From: Mobula hypostoma
Taxonomy: Eukaryota
DNA: 64,000 nucleotides
Assembly (NCBI RefSeq): GCF_963921235.1
Contig: NC_086097.1
Coordinates: 238,702,001 to 238,766,000, forward strand
Direction of reading: 5' to 3'
Shown: piece by piece, positions 48,523 through 60,879 of the stretch
Layout: every line of letters begins with the position of its first letter
Numbering within the stretch: the stretch's first letter is position 1
The notes under the pieces: generated by a model
Databases searched by the model: none
What the model was told of the DNA's origin: nothing
What the model saw: the letters and a program-made list of their open reading frames with translations, nothing else
Made by a program: the position numbers and the translations under genes

Positions 48523-50149
48523 CATGAAATTACTTCCTTGGAATTGTTAAGTCACATTTCATAATGCGATCATGTACATAGGTAACTTGTTTCTATTCCA
48601 GTTTCATGGTATCCAAGTCATCTAATGAGAGCATTTTGGGAACCACCTGTTGCTCCACAGGGGTAGAATGCATTTGACAGACAACCAGATTAGATTCAAA
48701 TTCAAAGTAAATTTGTTATCAAAGTGTGCACAGTATACTCTGAACTTTGTATATGTCACCCAACCTTGAGATTTATTTTCTTGCAGGCATTTATGAGAGA
48801 CTAAGGAAATATAATAGAATTTATGAAAGACTATACATAAATAAAGACATAAAAGCAACCAAGGCAACACACAAAATGCTGGAGGAACTTAGCAGGTCAG
48901 GCAAAACAAAAGAAGACAAAACAACGATGAGGCAAGCAAATCTGAGGGATAAGCCATGCAGCTGTTTTGCAAAAATCGATGGAGTTGGAGTGAGCAATTC
49001 AAAGAGGAGGGGTCGATGTTGAGGAGTTTCGATGCCCATCCAACTAACCCAGATACGAGGTTGGATCACTCTCAACAGCAAGGTGATTTGGAGAGGTCGA
49101 GAATGACTTTGGTCTGGGCAATGTGGTTTAGGCCCAGAGGTGGAGTGTTTCTCTGCAAGGGACAATCCATTACTTGGACAATTTAAACTCTGGCCCAGAT
49201 AGGCTGGAAAGACCGGGTGTCAGGACTGGAGGCGAGGGTTGGGCGGATTTCAAGCTGAGGCTGTGAGACTGCCCTGGCTGCTGTGCTTTGTGTTTGCGAG
49301 CTTCGTGGCAATCTGCCTCGCTAATATGATCAACTGAGACCAAGGTATGGCCTTACTCTGGGCTGCTCCGGGAGTTTGGATCTAAGGACTCAATTTGGTT
49401 CAGAATGCCTTTGCTCGCTTCCATTGTTTGCATGATTCATGTTTTTTCTCTTTTTCTGCACACTGAACATTAGTCATTTTTTTTGTATCTGGGTCTTGCT
49501 TTGTGACTGCCTGTAAGAAGATGAATCTCACAGTTGTATAATTTATACATTATTCGATATTAAATGAACTTTGATTCTGGAATCTTGAATTGTGCAACTA
49601 AAAAAGTACTGAGAACATGAGTTGTAGACTCCTTGAAAGTGAGTCAGTGCATTGCAGAATCAGTTCAGAATGGATGTGAGAGAAGTTATCCATGCCAGTT
49701 CAGGATCCTGATGGTCGTAGGATAATAACTGTTCCTGAACCTGGTAGAGTGAGACCTAGAGTGGGTCCTGCTTGATGGTAAAAGTGAGAAAAGAGCATGG
49801 TCTGGGTTGGTGGTGAGGATCCTTGATGACAGATGCTTTCACGTTGCAGAGTTCTATGCAAATGTGCTCAATGGTGGGGTGGACTTTGCCTGTGGTAAGA
49901 CTGGGCTAGCAAGTTAGTGATGTGATAAATCGCTTCTGTCACAAACACAGGGTTTCTACATGCTTCACTTCCACAGGACTGGTTGCTAAGCTGGTGGCTT
50001 AGGGGTCATTCTTGTTCTGACGCTCCATTGGTGAAGGTCCCTCAGGTTTGTTCCTCCAGAAGAGGGTTTGTCCACCATCTCACTATTTAAGTTGGCCATT
50101 CCTCGCTCACTCACTATGGCAATATCAATGTCCAAGTACCCAGCAAGGT

Positions 50150-50355
50150 GGCATTGCAGATGCTGGAATCTGGATCAAAGAAAAAAATTAAACTGCTTCA
50201 GAAGTCCTGGGTCAAGCAGCATCTATAGAGGCAAAGGATAGTTGATGTTTTGGGTCAACACCCTGCATCAGAACCCAATGCAGGGTCTCGATTTGAAACA
50301 TCCTGTTCTTCCATAGATGGTGTTTGACCCACTGAGTTCAGCAAGCGGTGTTTTT
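50150..50355. mobile_element. Old palindromic PLE-terminus insertion
   Basis: gcagcatctat...gatgttttgggtcaacaccctgcatcag inverted against atgcagggtctcgatttgaaacatc...atagatg. Confidence 0.7.
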
Positions 50356-50365
50356 TTAACTGGCT

Positions 50366-50925
50366 ACGGGTGGTAATGGGGACAAGCTCCCATTACCTAT
50401 GAAATGTTCCCAATGGCATGCGCCTCAAATGGCCTCTGACAACCAATTCCAGTTCTTGGCCTTCATGTGTGGCTTAGATACTAAGCCTAATGGAACCATT
50501 TCTACTGAGAGGAAAAGGGGCAAAGGCAGGTTACTGGTGTCTTAAAGCCAGTTGCTTTGGCTAGATGGGGCTCATCAGGCATGGTTGACAGCTCATCTAG
50601 AAGAAAGAAAACTCTGATCTCAAACCTCCGCTGCCTTGCAGCTTTATACACTCATGGGGAAGGGTTGGGAGTAAACTCCGAAAAATCCAGAGTGGGAGTC
50701 CCTAAGGCAGTCTTACATTGAGTTCAATGCTGACTGGTAACTCTTGCGATGCTGCTGATACCAAACTGTATCGGTCTCTGCTATTTCTTTGGGTTCATCA
50801 GATGCATGGAGAAGGGGAGCTTGCTAGATGGGCAACAGCTTGCTGTCCATATTGTACTTCCCAGATTTATGTATCTAAACAGCTAGGACACAATATCCAT
50901 GGTCAAATCTGACTGACAGAGGCCC
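50366..50925 (+). mobile_element. Probable RTE-related non-autonomous element
   Basis: agctcatctagaagaaagaaaactctgatctcaaacctccgctgccttgc resembles RTE 5' leaders (recalled, not searched); the 3' part (atccatggtc) resembles the SINE tail at 53349-53460. Confidence 0.5.
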
Positions 50926-51094
50926 TCATCTCACTTTTAAACATATTGCTGTTAGGTTTGTTCAGGATATTGCAGGTGCCAATCTTCATATTTAGTGGAC
51001 TTTGCTTCTATACAGTTTCAGTGCGTGGTGGGAGCTGGTGATGGGAATGCAAAGATGTACATGGCCAAAGCCCTGTGGACATGGACGTGGGCAA

Positions 51095-51385
51095 TATAGT
51101 GGCGTAGCGGTTAGCAGAACAGTATTACAGTGTTAGCGATCGGGGTTCAATTCCCCAAGTTTGTGCCTGTGACCGCATGGGTTTCCTTGAAGTTTTCCGG
51201 TTTCCTGCCACATTCCAAAGACGTAGATATGATGGTTTTTAAGTTGCAGACATGATATGTTGGCGCTGGAAGCACGGTGACACTTATGGAGCCCCCCCAG
51301 CACGTAATTGGACTGTGCTGGTCATTGACGCAAAACAATGCATTTCACCACATGTTTCGATATACATGCAACAAATAAAACCAAT
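51095..51385 (+). mobile_element. V-domain SINE variant with a non-CR1 tail
   Basis: tggcgtagcgg A box, ggttcaattcc B box, V-domain, then cattgacgcaaaacaatgcatttcac...acaaataaa; related copies at 60525-60850 (+) and 63395-63690 (-). Confidence 0.75.
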
Positions 51386-52861
51386 TCTTTAGACAAAAGA
51401 CCGGCACTGGGAAATTGATTAGGTGTGAGACAGGAGAAGAGACGGAGGTCGGATCTGGAAGAGGGAAATCAGGTTGTGAATGGGCAAGTAGCAAGTTGGG
51501 AGGCAGTGCAAAGGTTCCTGTGGTCTGTAAGGAAGAACCATGAGCCAGTCTTTATCAGATGATCAGAGGCAGAGAAGGTCAGTCACCTAACTTCCTTTAC
51601 ATTATCATATCAGAGGGTCTGTCTTGGTACCAGCACGTAAGTGCTATTTCAAAGAAGGCATGGCAGAGCATCTGTTTTCTTAGAAGTTAGTGGAGATTCA
51701 GCATAGAAACATAGAAAACCTGCAGCACAGTACAGGCCCTTCAGCCCACAAAGCTGTGCCGAACATGTCCTTACCGTAGAACTACCTAGGCTTACCCATA
51801 GCCCTCTATTTTTCTAAGCATGTTATCTAAAACTTTGACAAACTTCTATAGATGCACAGTGGAGAGCCCTCTCCACCACTGGGCACATTTACAAGGAGCA
51901 CTCCCACAAGAAAGTAGCATTCATCATCAAGGACCCCACACCTAGACCATTTTCTCTTCTTGATGCTGTTATTGAGGAGGTGGTACAGGAGCCACACCAC
52001 AAGTTTCAGCACCATTCAACCATCAGGCTCCTGAATCAGAAATGGATAACTTCACTCACCTCAGCACTAAACTGATTTCACAACTTATGAATTCACTTTC
52101 AAGGAGTCGACAACTCATGATCTCACTATTATTCATTTATGTATCTATTAGTATTATTATTATTGTGGTCATAGAACACTATAGCAGTGAAACAGGCAAC
52201 TGTGAGTAATGAGGTGTCACAGGGTCTGGTGCTGCTTGTGCAAGAGAGTATAATTTTAGTATGATTGGAGGAAAGTATAGGGGGAATATTAGAGGTAAGG
52301 TTTTTTTTTACACACACAGAGAGTAGAAGGTGCATGGAAGATCTTCCAGAATTCTGATCTTGATACACATTGCCGTTATTGATGTGAGGTTTCTAAGGAG
52401 GATGAGGCTTTGGACGATACAGGCAGGCTAAACAATAGGTAAGGATAAGCTTTGAGAACTATAATGTGGGTCACTGTGAACTCGTTCACTTTGGCAGAAT
52501 AAAATACAAAAGCAGAATATTTTTTTAAATGGCGAAAGGTTGAACTGTGTTGCTTGTTCCGACTCAATTAAAGTTAATGAGCAAATTAGAAAAGTAAATG
52601 GTCTGTTAGTTTTTATTGCAAGAGGATTTGAGTACAAGTGTCTTACTTTAATTATATGGGGCCTGGAGAGACTGCATTTAGAATACATACAGGCCTGGTC
52701 CCCACACCTGAGGTACTGGCGTTAAAGTAACCCTGACATTCACCATATTTCAAAGTTTTAGTGGGTTCATTCTTGGTAGGATCTGAACTCCAGAGAAGAT
52801 CTCATTGAACACAGACCTATATACCACAGAAACAGTCCAAGATATCTGTGCCATAAAAGGC

Positions 52862-53347
52862 ACCCGTTAAGAAGGATGTGGAAGCATTGGAAAGGGTACA
52901 GAGGAGATTTACCAGGATGCTGCCTGGTTTAGAGAGTATGCATTATGATCAGAGATTAAGGGAGCTAGGGCTTTACTCTTTGGAGAAAAGGAGGATGAGA
53001 GGAGACATGATAGAGGTGTACGAGATAATAAGAGGAATAGATAGAGTGGATAGCCAGCGCCTCTTCCCCAGGGCACCACTGCTCAATACAAGAGGACATG
53101 GCTTTAAGGTAAGGGGTGGGAAGTTCAAGGGGGATATTAGAGGAAGGTTTTTTACTCAGAGAATGGCTTGTGTGTGGAATGCATTGCCTGAGTCAGTGGT
53201 GGAGGCAGATACACTAGTGAAGTTTAAGAGACTACTAGACAGGTATATGGAGGAATTTAAGGTGAGGGCTTATATAGGAGGCAGGGTTTGAGGGTCGGCA
53301 CAACATTGTGGGCCGAAGGGCCTGTACTGTGCTATATTCTATGTTCT
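52862..53347 (+). mobile_element. Young CR1 3' end
   Basis: ORF 52878-53291 is an intact CR1 ORF2 C-terminus; tail attctatgttct. Confidence 0.93.
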
Positions 53348-53348
53348 T

Positions 53349-53637
53349 GTGAGACCATGGATCTGCGCCTGGAAAGTCTTCACTCTCCAGGGCGCAGGCC
53401 TGGGCAAGGTTGTTTGGAAGACCAGCAGTTGCCCATGCTGCAAGTCTCCCCTCTCCACGACACCAATGTTGTCCAAGGGAAGGGCATTAGGACCCATACA
53501 GCTTGGCACCAGTGTCATCGCAGAGCAATGTGTGATTAAGTGCCTTGCTCAAGGACACAACACGTTCCCTCAGCTGGGGCTCGAACTCATGACCTTCAGG
53601 TCGCTAGTCCAATGCCTTAACCACTTAGCCACGTGCC
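53349..53637 (-). mobile_element. tRNA-derived CORE-type SINE with probable RTE-type tail
   Basis: Minus strand: A box TGGCTAAGTGG, B box GTTCGAGCC, CORE-like gtccttgagcaaggcacttaa, GC-rich tail ending gatccatggtctcac. Confidence 0.8.
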
Positions 53638-54559
53638 ATACATGATTTCAAAATGAACTAATCCCGTCTATCTGCATGTGAGCCATATCATTCTATTTCT
53701 TGAATACTCATATGCCTGTCAAAAAGCCTCTTAAACACCTCTGTTGTACGTATCTCTTGCCACTACCGACACTGGTAGTGCATTCCAAGCACTGGTTGCA
53801 TCATGGCCTGGTATGGAAACACTAATGCTATTGAATGGAAAATCCTACAAGAAGTAGTGGATACAGCCGAGTCCATCATGGGTTAAGCCCTCCTCACCAT
53901 TGAGCACATCCACATGAAACGCTGTTGCAGAGTTCAGCATCCATCACCAGGGACCCCCTCCACCCAGGTCATGCTCTCTTCTCGCTGCTGCCATCAGGAA
54001 GGTGGTACGGGAGCCTCACACCACCAGATTCAAAAACAGTTATTATCTTTCAACCATCAGGCTCTTGGAACAAAAGGGAGTTACTTCATTCACCTTCACT
54101 TCCCCAGAGTTGAAATGTTCCCACTAACAATGGACTCAAGAAAATTAACCTCAGGCTTGGATATGATTGTCCCACACATTCCCATTAAACTTCTTCCCCT
54201 GGCCCCTCCATCTTTCACCTTAAAGCTACACCCTCATATATTTGACATTACTACTCTGGGGAAAATATTCTGACTGCTTATCCTATCTATGCCCCTTGTA
54301 ACATTATACACTTCTATTAGGAATCTTCCCAGCCTCTGATGTACCAGAGAAAACAATTGAAATTTGTACAATTTTCAAACTTATTTGTCATATGTACATC
54401 AAAGAAAACAGTGAAGTGTGTCATTCGCGTTAACACCTCACACACCCAAGATGTGCTGTGGGTAGCCACATTCAGCACCTACATAGGACACCCACGATGC
54501 TCAGCAGAATACCACGAACTCACGAAGAAACAAACAACTATGAAAACAAGCCCTGTTCC

Positions 54560-55145
54560 TTCATCCCACTACGCACGTACACAATCTTTTAACCCCAGAA
54601 CAGGGCTTCAGTTAAAGTTTTCAGTGGACACAGAGTCGGGTTTGCAGACATTGGGCACCTCTCCTTACAGCTAATATCCTGTAATTCATGCAGCACCCTA
54701 GTAAACCTCCCCCGCACCCACTTAAAACCTTCACGCTCTTCCTGTAATGGTTTGACAGGGACTCCGAGCACAGCTGAAACAAAGTTTTATGTATCTGCAT
54801 CACGATTTCCTGACACTTATATAATACGCCCCTTGCAATGAAGGTAATCTATGCCATACACCTTCTTTACCACAGTATTGGATTGCCACCTTCAAAGTGC
54901 TGTGGACATGTACCCTAAGATGGACTCTATACATCAATGCTAATAAGAACCCTAACAATTACCTGTATATTTTCTCCCTATATTTGTCTTCCCAAAAAGC
55001 AGCACCTCATACACGCCTGAATTAAACTCCACCTGTCATTTCTCTGCCCATAAATATAACTGATCTGTATCCTGTATCCTTTGACAACTTTCACTCTCCA
55101 CAACTCCACCAACTTTTGTGCCACCTGCAAACTGACTCACCAACA
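54560..55145 (-). mobile_element. Degraded CR1 RT C-terminal fragment
   Basis: KWVRGRFTRVL in ORF 54589-54771; FAGGTKVGG-like remnant near 55120. Confidence 0.7.
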
Positions 55146-55447
55146 CTGAAGCATTAAATTCTTACACAGCTTTGCAGGGAAGATGCAGGAATCATGTCTT
55201 CCCTGGGTGGCACATGTACAATCAGCAATCTCAAATTGGCCAATCAGTTCTGGAATACCAAGGAAGTTTTTCTTCCAGAGATCAGTGAAATCTTTGAAGT
55301 CTCAACCTGGGGAGTCTGCAGATTCTTAGTAACTCAATATATCCAAGACAAAGATTGATAGATGTCTGCATATTTTGAGAAGCAAGGGATATAGGGCTGT
55401 ACTAGAAATGAAATACAAGAGTATCGATATCTTGCTTGAGTGACATA

Positions 55448-56295
55448 CAGTACTGTGCAAAAGTCTTAGGCAATATACATAGCTAGACTATATATAATGT
55501 CCAAGACTTTTGCACAATAGTGTAATTGTCAATCTGGAGCAGATAGTGAGTATGTAAATCCGGCAGAAGTAAAGGATGTTCAGAATGTTGAGGGTAGAGC
55601 ATCATGGGAGAGGTATGGGATAGGTGGCAAAGAAGTAGTGCAAGGCTGGGGGGATGGCTTGGGTGCAGAAATACCCATCCCTAGGACACCAGACAAGGTC
55701 ATATGATTTCAAACAAGACTCTCCAGTGCTTCCCAACCCCTCCCCTCTTCCTTCCCCTTTTCTCAACCATGATTCCTTTCTCCCTGCCCCCGTCCCATTC
55801 TCAGTCCACAACAGAGACTCATATCAGAATCATGTCTATTATCACTGACGCAAGTCATTAAATTTGTTTCTTTGTGCAGCAGTACAGTGCAATACATAAA
55901 ACTACATCAGTACTGTGCAACATACATCAAAGTTGCTGGTGAACGCAGCAGGCCAAGCAGCATCTATAGGAAGAGGCGCAGTCGACGTTTCAGGCCACGT
56001 CGACTGCGCCTCTTCCTATAAATGCTTCTTGGCCTGCTGTGTTCACCAGCAACTTTGATGTATGTTGCTTGAATTTCCAGCATCTGCAGAATTCCTGTTG
56101 TTTCAGTACTGTGCAAATGTCTCAGGCACCTTAGCTATATAAGACCATAAGACATAGGAGCAGAATTAGGCCATCCGGCCCATCGAGTCTGCTCCGCCAT
56201 TCAATCATGGTTGATCCTTTTTTTTAAATCTCCCCCTCAACCCCAGTTCTGAACCCTCAACATTTATATATATCGATAACTTTTATGCAGTACTG
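55448..56295 (+). mobile_element. Composite Tc1-like element, best-preserved copy (mini-MITE 55448-55522, cargo, mini-MITE 55908-56295 with two inserts)
   Basis: ta|cagtactgtgcaaaagtcttaggca ... gcagtactg|ta outer ends with TA flanks. Confidence 0.78.
55921..56102 (+). mobile_element. Palindromic PLE-terminus insertion lacking the CTGACGA box
   Basis: Inverted arms meeting at gtcgacgtttcaggccacgtcgac; 14-bp TSD tcagtactgtgcaa at 55907-55920 and 56103-56116. Confidence 0.9.
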
Positions 56296-56299
56296 TAGA

Positions 56300-56890
56300 A
56301 ACCCTGGTGAGACTGCATCTGGTATACTGTATACAGATTTGGACTCCCTGTACTCCCGGAAGTACAGAAAAGGTTCACCAAATTGATTCCTATGAAGGCA
56401 GATTTCTCATACTAAGGATAAGTTAAGCTGTCATGGCCTGTACTGTCTTAAGTTCAGAAGAATGATCTTAATGAAAAATATGAAGTTTTTACAGCATTTG
56501 ACAGTATAAAAGTCACTAGGTGTGTAAAACTAGAATTATTTATCTCAAAACAGGGGATGGAGTTTAGAATCAAAATCTCCATTTGAATTATGGATAATTT
56601 GAGGCTGACACAAAGGGCATAATCTTAAGGTGATTGGAGAAAAGTTTAAGGAGGATATCAGAGGTAAGCTCTTTACACAGAGTGTGACGGGTGTGAACGC
56701 CCTAGCAGTGGTGATGGTAGAGGCAGATATATTAGGGGAATTTAAGAAACTCTGAGATAGGTACATGGATGATAGAAAAATGGAGGGCTATGTAGGAGGG
56801 TAGGGTTAGATAGATTTTACAGTAGGTTAAAAGGTCAGCACAACATTGTGGGTCAAAGGGTCTGTACTGTGCTGTAGTGTTCTACATTCT
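56300..56890 (+). mobile_element. Degraded CR1 3' fragments
   Basis: LVRLHLVYCIQIWTP-like remnant and a typical CR1 3' end (gggtcaaagggtctgtactgtgctgtagtgttcta). Confidence 0.72.
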
Positions 56891-57029
56891 TTGAATTGTA
56901 GTGAATTTCTGAAACTTGTTTTACAAGAATATTCACTTGTGTTCGTCACAGTGTATTCCACATAGAGATCAATAGGGTTTTTGTAATATTAAGGGAATCA
57001 AGGATAAATATTGGAAAAATGCTGAAGCA

Positions 57030-57270
57030 CACTGTTTGTAAAGAGTTTGTACGTTCTCCCCATGACCACATAGGTTTCCTCCGGGTGTTTTGGTTTCCTC
57101 CCACAGTGCAAACATGTACTGGGGGCGAGGGGGAGGGGGGTGGGTAGGTTAATTGGTCATTGTGAATCATCCCAGGATTAGGCTAGGATTAAATTGGCAT
57201 TTGCTGGGCGTCTTGGCTTGAAGGGCCGCAGGGGCCTATCCTGCACTGTATCTCAATACAATAAAAAAAA
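57030..57270 (+). mobile_element. 5'-truncated V-domain SINE
   Basis: ggtttcctccgggtgttttggtttcctcccacag, ggttaattggtcattg, tail ctgtatctcaata. Confidence 0.8.
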
Positions 57271-58593
57271 TACAAAAAATGTAATAGCATGAAGCTGAAA
57301 GGCAATGTTTGATTTTATTGAGTGGAGGAACAGACACGAAGGCCTGAACGGCCTTACTCTCTATATTCTGAATAGGCTTTGAACAATATCAATCACTGTG
57401 ACTCAAAATCCCAAGTAAATTTTGTGTTACAACGGGAAACTGCTTTTCAAGTGACTTCAGATGCGTCCTGACAAGGTGCATAAACCATTCACTGAGATAA
57501 CATGGCAAATCACTTCTTACAACAGTAATGGTGAGCACTCTTCTTCAAATCAAAATATCTGCATGCAGTTATTGATGGAATAACATGGAAGATGAGATGA
57601 CATGATAGTACAGACTTCCTGATACCCATGAGCAATTTACCTTCACTTTAAGGCACTGTATTGATTGTCTCTCCCCTTCCACTTTTTAAATGCTGTTGAT
57701 CTCATGCCTGTTACTGCTTTGGCAATACATTAATATTGTCCGCTGAGTAATTGGCTTAGACTCTGTCATGTACGCTCCTCTAAGTGTCAGCACATTTTAT
57801 TAAACTTGATGTGAGCTGAATCTTATTTTCTACAAAAAGTCATATACTTTCAAACATCTAATCAATGATAATCATAGATTTGGAAAAATTCATGTTAATG
57901 CCAGATGCCTCTCCTTGCCTTGTTACGCTCCCCTCTTTGAAAATTATTCACTTTGGAGTGGCTTTGACAGTGTTGTTGATGTTCTGGGAGCTTGGTCACA
58001 TGCATTGTCTTTTAATAGTGAATGTTGAATGTTAGTTTGCTCTCTCTGAGTCTTGGGGATGAAGTGAAAATGTTGATGGAGATTGGGAGGCTGCTTAAAC
58101 TCAAGCCCAATCCCATCTGCATCTACAGACTCCACACATGATTCCGGTAGGGATTACAGAAATGCCATCAAGTGTAAAAATATTGATAGTATAACTTTTG
58201 ACAATGTGCAACACATATCATATACAGAAATTAATCAATTAACATATGCAAAATGTGTACTCAAAGCTATGGAATACTTCCTTAACCTGTAATTATTAAT
58301 GGACATTAACTTTCACAATATTAATCCGAATGCTATATGACAGAATCCTGGGAAAGAGTGTTTCAAATGCAGACAGGGTAACTGCTATAAGGCTTTTTTT
58401 CCACTGAGCGTTGGGTGAGACGAGAACTAGAAGTTGTGGGTTAAGAGTGAAAGGTTTAAGGGGACCATGAGGGGGATCTACTTCATTCAGAGAGTGGGGA
58501 GAGTGTGGAACGAGCTGCCAGTGAAAGTGGTGAATGTAGGTTCAGTTGCAACATTTAAGGGAGTTTGGATAAGTGCATGGATGGCTATGTTCG

Positions 58594-59190
58594 AAACATA
58601 GAAAACCTACAGCACCATACAGGCCCTTCGGCCCACAAAGCTGTGCTGAACATGTCCTTCCCTGAGAAGTTACCTAGGGTTACCCATAGGCTTCTATTTT
58701 TCTGAGCTCCATATACCTGTTCAGGAGTCTCTTAAAAGAACTTATCGTATCCACCTCCACTACTGTTGCCGGCAGCCCATTCCACACACTCACCACTCTC
58801 TGCGTAAAAAACTTATCCCTGATATCTCCTCTGTACCTACTTCCAAGCACCTTAAAACTGTGCCTTCTTGTGCTAGCCATTTCAGCCCTGGGAAAAAGCC
58901 TCTGCCTATCCACACGATCAATGCCTCTCATCATCTTTTCACCTCTATCTGGTCACCTCTCATCCTCTGTCACTCCAAGGAAAAAAGGCCGAGTTCACTC
59001 AACCTATTCTCATAAGGCATGCTCCCCAATCCAGGCAACATCCTTATAAATCTCCTCTGCACCCTTTCTATGGTTTCCACATCCTTCCTGTAGTGAGGCG
59101 ACCAGAACTGAGCTCAGTACTCCAAGTAGGGTCTGACCAGGGTCCTATATAGCTGCAACATTACCTCTCGGCTCCTAAACTCAATCCCAT
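58594..59190 (-). mobile_element. CR1 3' part (tctatgtt subfamily) nested in a plus-strand CR1 3' end (58390-59305)
   Basis: ORF 58680-58934; closely similar to 1745-2335. Confidence 0.92.
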
Positions 59191-59539
59191 TATGGGTTAT
59201 GCAGGGCTGTGGTCCAGTTGCAGGTCAGTGGGACTAAGCAGAGTTTGACATGGACTAACTGGGCTGAAGAGCAAGTTTCTGTGCTGTAGTGGCTCTATTA
59301 CTCTAAATACTGTGTTTTGAGATTTTATTAGTACAATCTGCAGCTAACGGGCTTTTAGTTTTCAACCAATCTGAACACCTTGTTTTTGCAAATAATTATT
59401 AATTAGAATGGAAAAATGATAGATGTTGTTTAATATTATGTGAATTGTTTAAGTTACACATGGAATGTACATCATCAACCTGTTGGCCCAGCTGTTCATC
59501 ACTTCTGGGTTTGCCATATGTTAATTCCCTCCAATTCTT

Positions 59540-60030
59540 GAATCAGAATCAGGTTTAATAACACCAAAATATGCTGTGGCAGTAGTACAATGCAATACAT
59601 AATAATAGAGAAAGAAAAAACTGTGAATTACAGTGTATATATATATATAGTAGAGTTAAATTAAATAAGCTGTGCACAAAAATAAAAATTTAAAAAATAG
59701 CGAGGTAGTGTTCATGGGTTCAGTATCCATTCAGGTATCAGATGGTAGTAGTGAAGAAGCTGTTCTTGAATCATCGAGTGTGTCTTTAGGCTCCTGTACC
59801 TCCTCCCTGATGGCAGCAATGAGAAGAGGGCACGGAATAGGTGATGGGGTTCCTTAATGATGTGAGCCACCTTTTTGAGGCATGGCTCCTCGAAGATGAA
59901 GATGTCCTGGATGTTATGAAGTTGAGTACCCATGACGGAGCTGATTAATTCTACAACTCTCTGCAACTCACGTAGATACTTTACAGTAGTCCCTCCCCCC
60001 ATACCAGATGGTGATGTAGCCTCTCTCCAC
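59540..60030 (-). mobile_element. Rex1/Babar 3' fragment
   Basis: ORF 59712-60002 (LQRVV..IIKEPHH..LFSLLPSGRRYRSL); tail gaatcagaatcagg. Confidence 0.85.
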
Positions 60031-60879
60031 TGTGCACCAGTTAACCCTCTATTTCATTTTGCTTATTGATTGCATGAAGACTGCCTTCAATTGAAAATAG
60101 CATTTATTTTCTTTTTCAACTGGCATTAATAATGTTACATTTTGGCAGTTGTAGTTGAATTAGCAAAGGAACTGGCAACAATATTTCATTGTGTGAACAA
60201 TTTTCATAAAATGGAACGTGGGGAGGTCAAAGCATGGAAAGGTTTTTAGCCAAGACACGCTCCTCACTGGTCTTAGCCAAAAGTTGATTGGTTTGCAGGG
60301 GAATAGAATGGACAAGTGATGTTGCCTCACACATCAAACAATCCTCAGAACTAATGGGAAATTTTAATCTGCAGTTACTGCACCAAGGTGACCCCAGCCT
60401 CAGTAATGAAGCTGCAGTTTGCATTTATATGTACTTGGAGCCACAGTTGATTCACTTCTTGAAGGAATTGGCCTGCTGTTCAATATGCATCAGACAATAA
60501 TGAATTGTGTCTAAGATAATGGGGTGATGCAGTAACATTGCAGTTGGCATAACACTTTACGGTGCCAGCTCTAAGATTGAGATTCCATTCCTGCCGCCGT
60601 CTGTAAGGAGTTTGTACATTCTCCCCATGACTATGTGGGTTTCCTCCAGGTGCTCTGGTTTCCTCCCACATTCCAAAAATGACGATGGGTTAGGGTTAGC
60701 AAGTTAACTTTCCAGAATGAAGATGTTGACTGCCTGAAGAACTTTACAATTAAATTGACATATCCTGGAATAAATCCGGACTGCGTTGGTCATTGATGCA
60801 AATGATGCAGCTCACTCAATGTTTCAATGTACGTGTGATAATTAAAGTTAATCTTTAAAAACAGACACCTATCGGCGGG

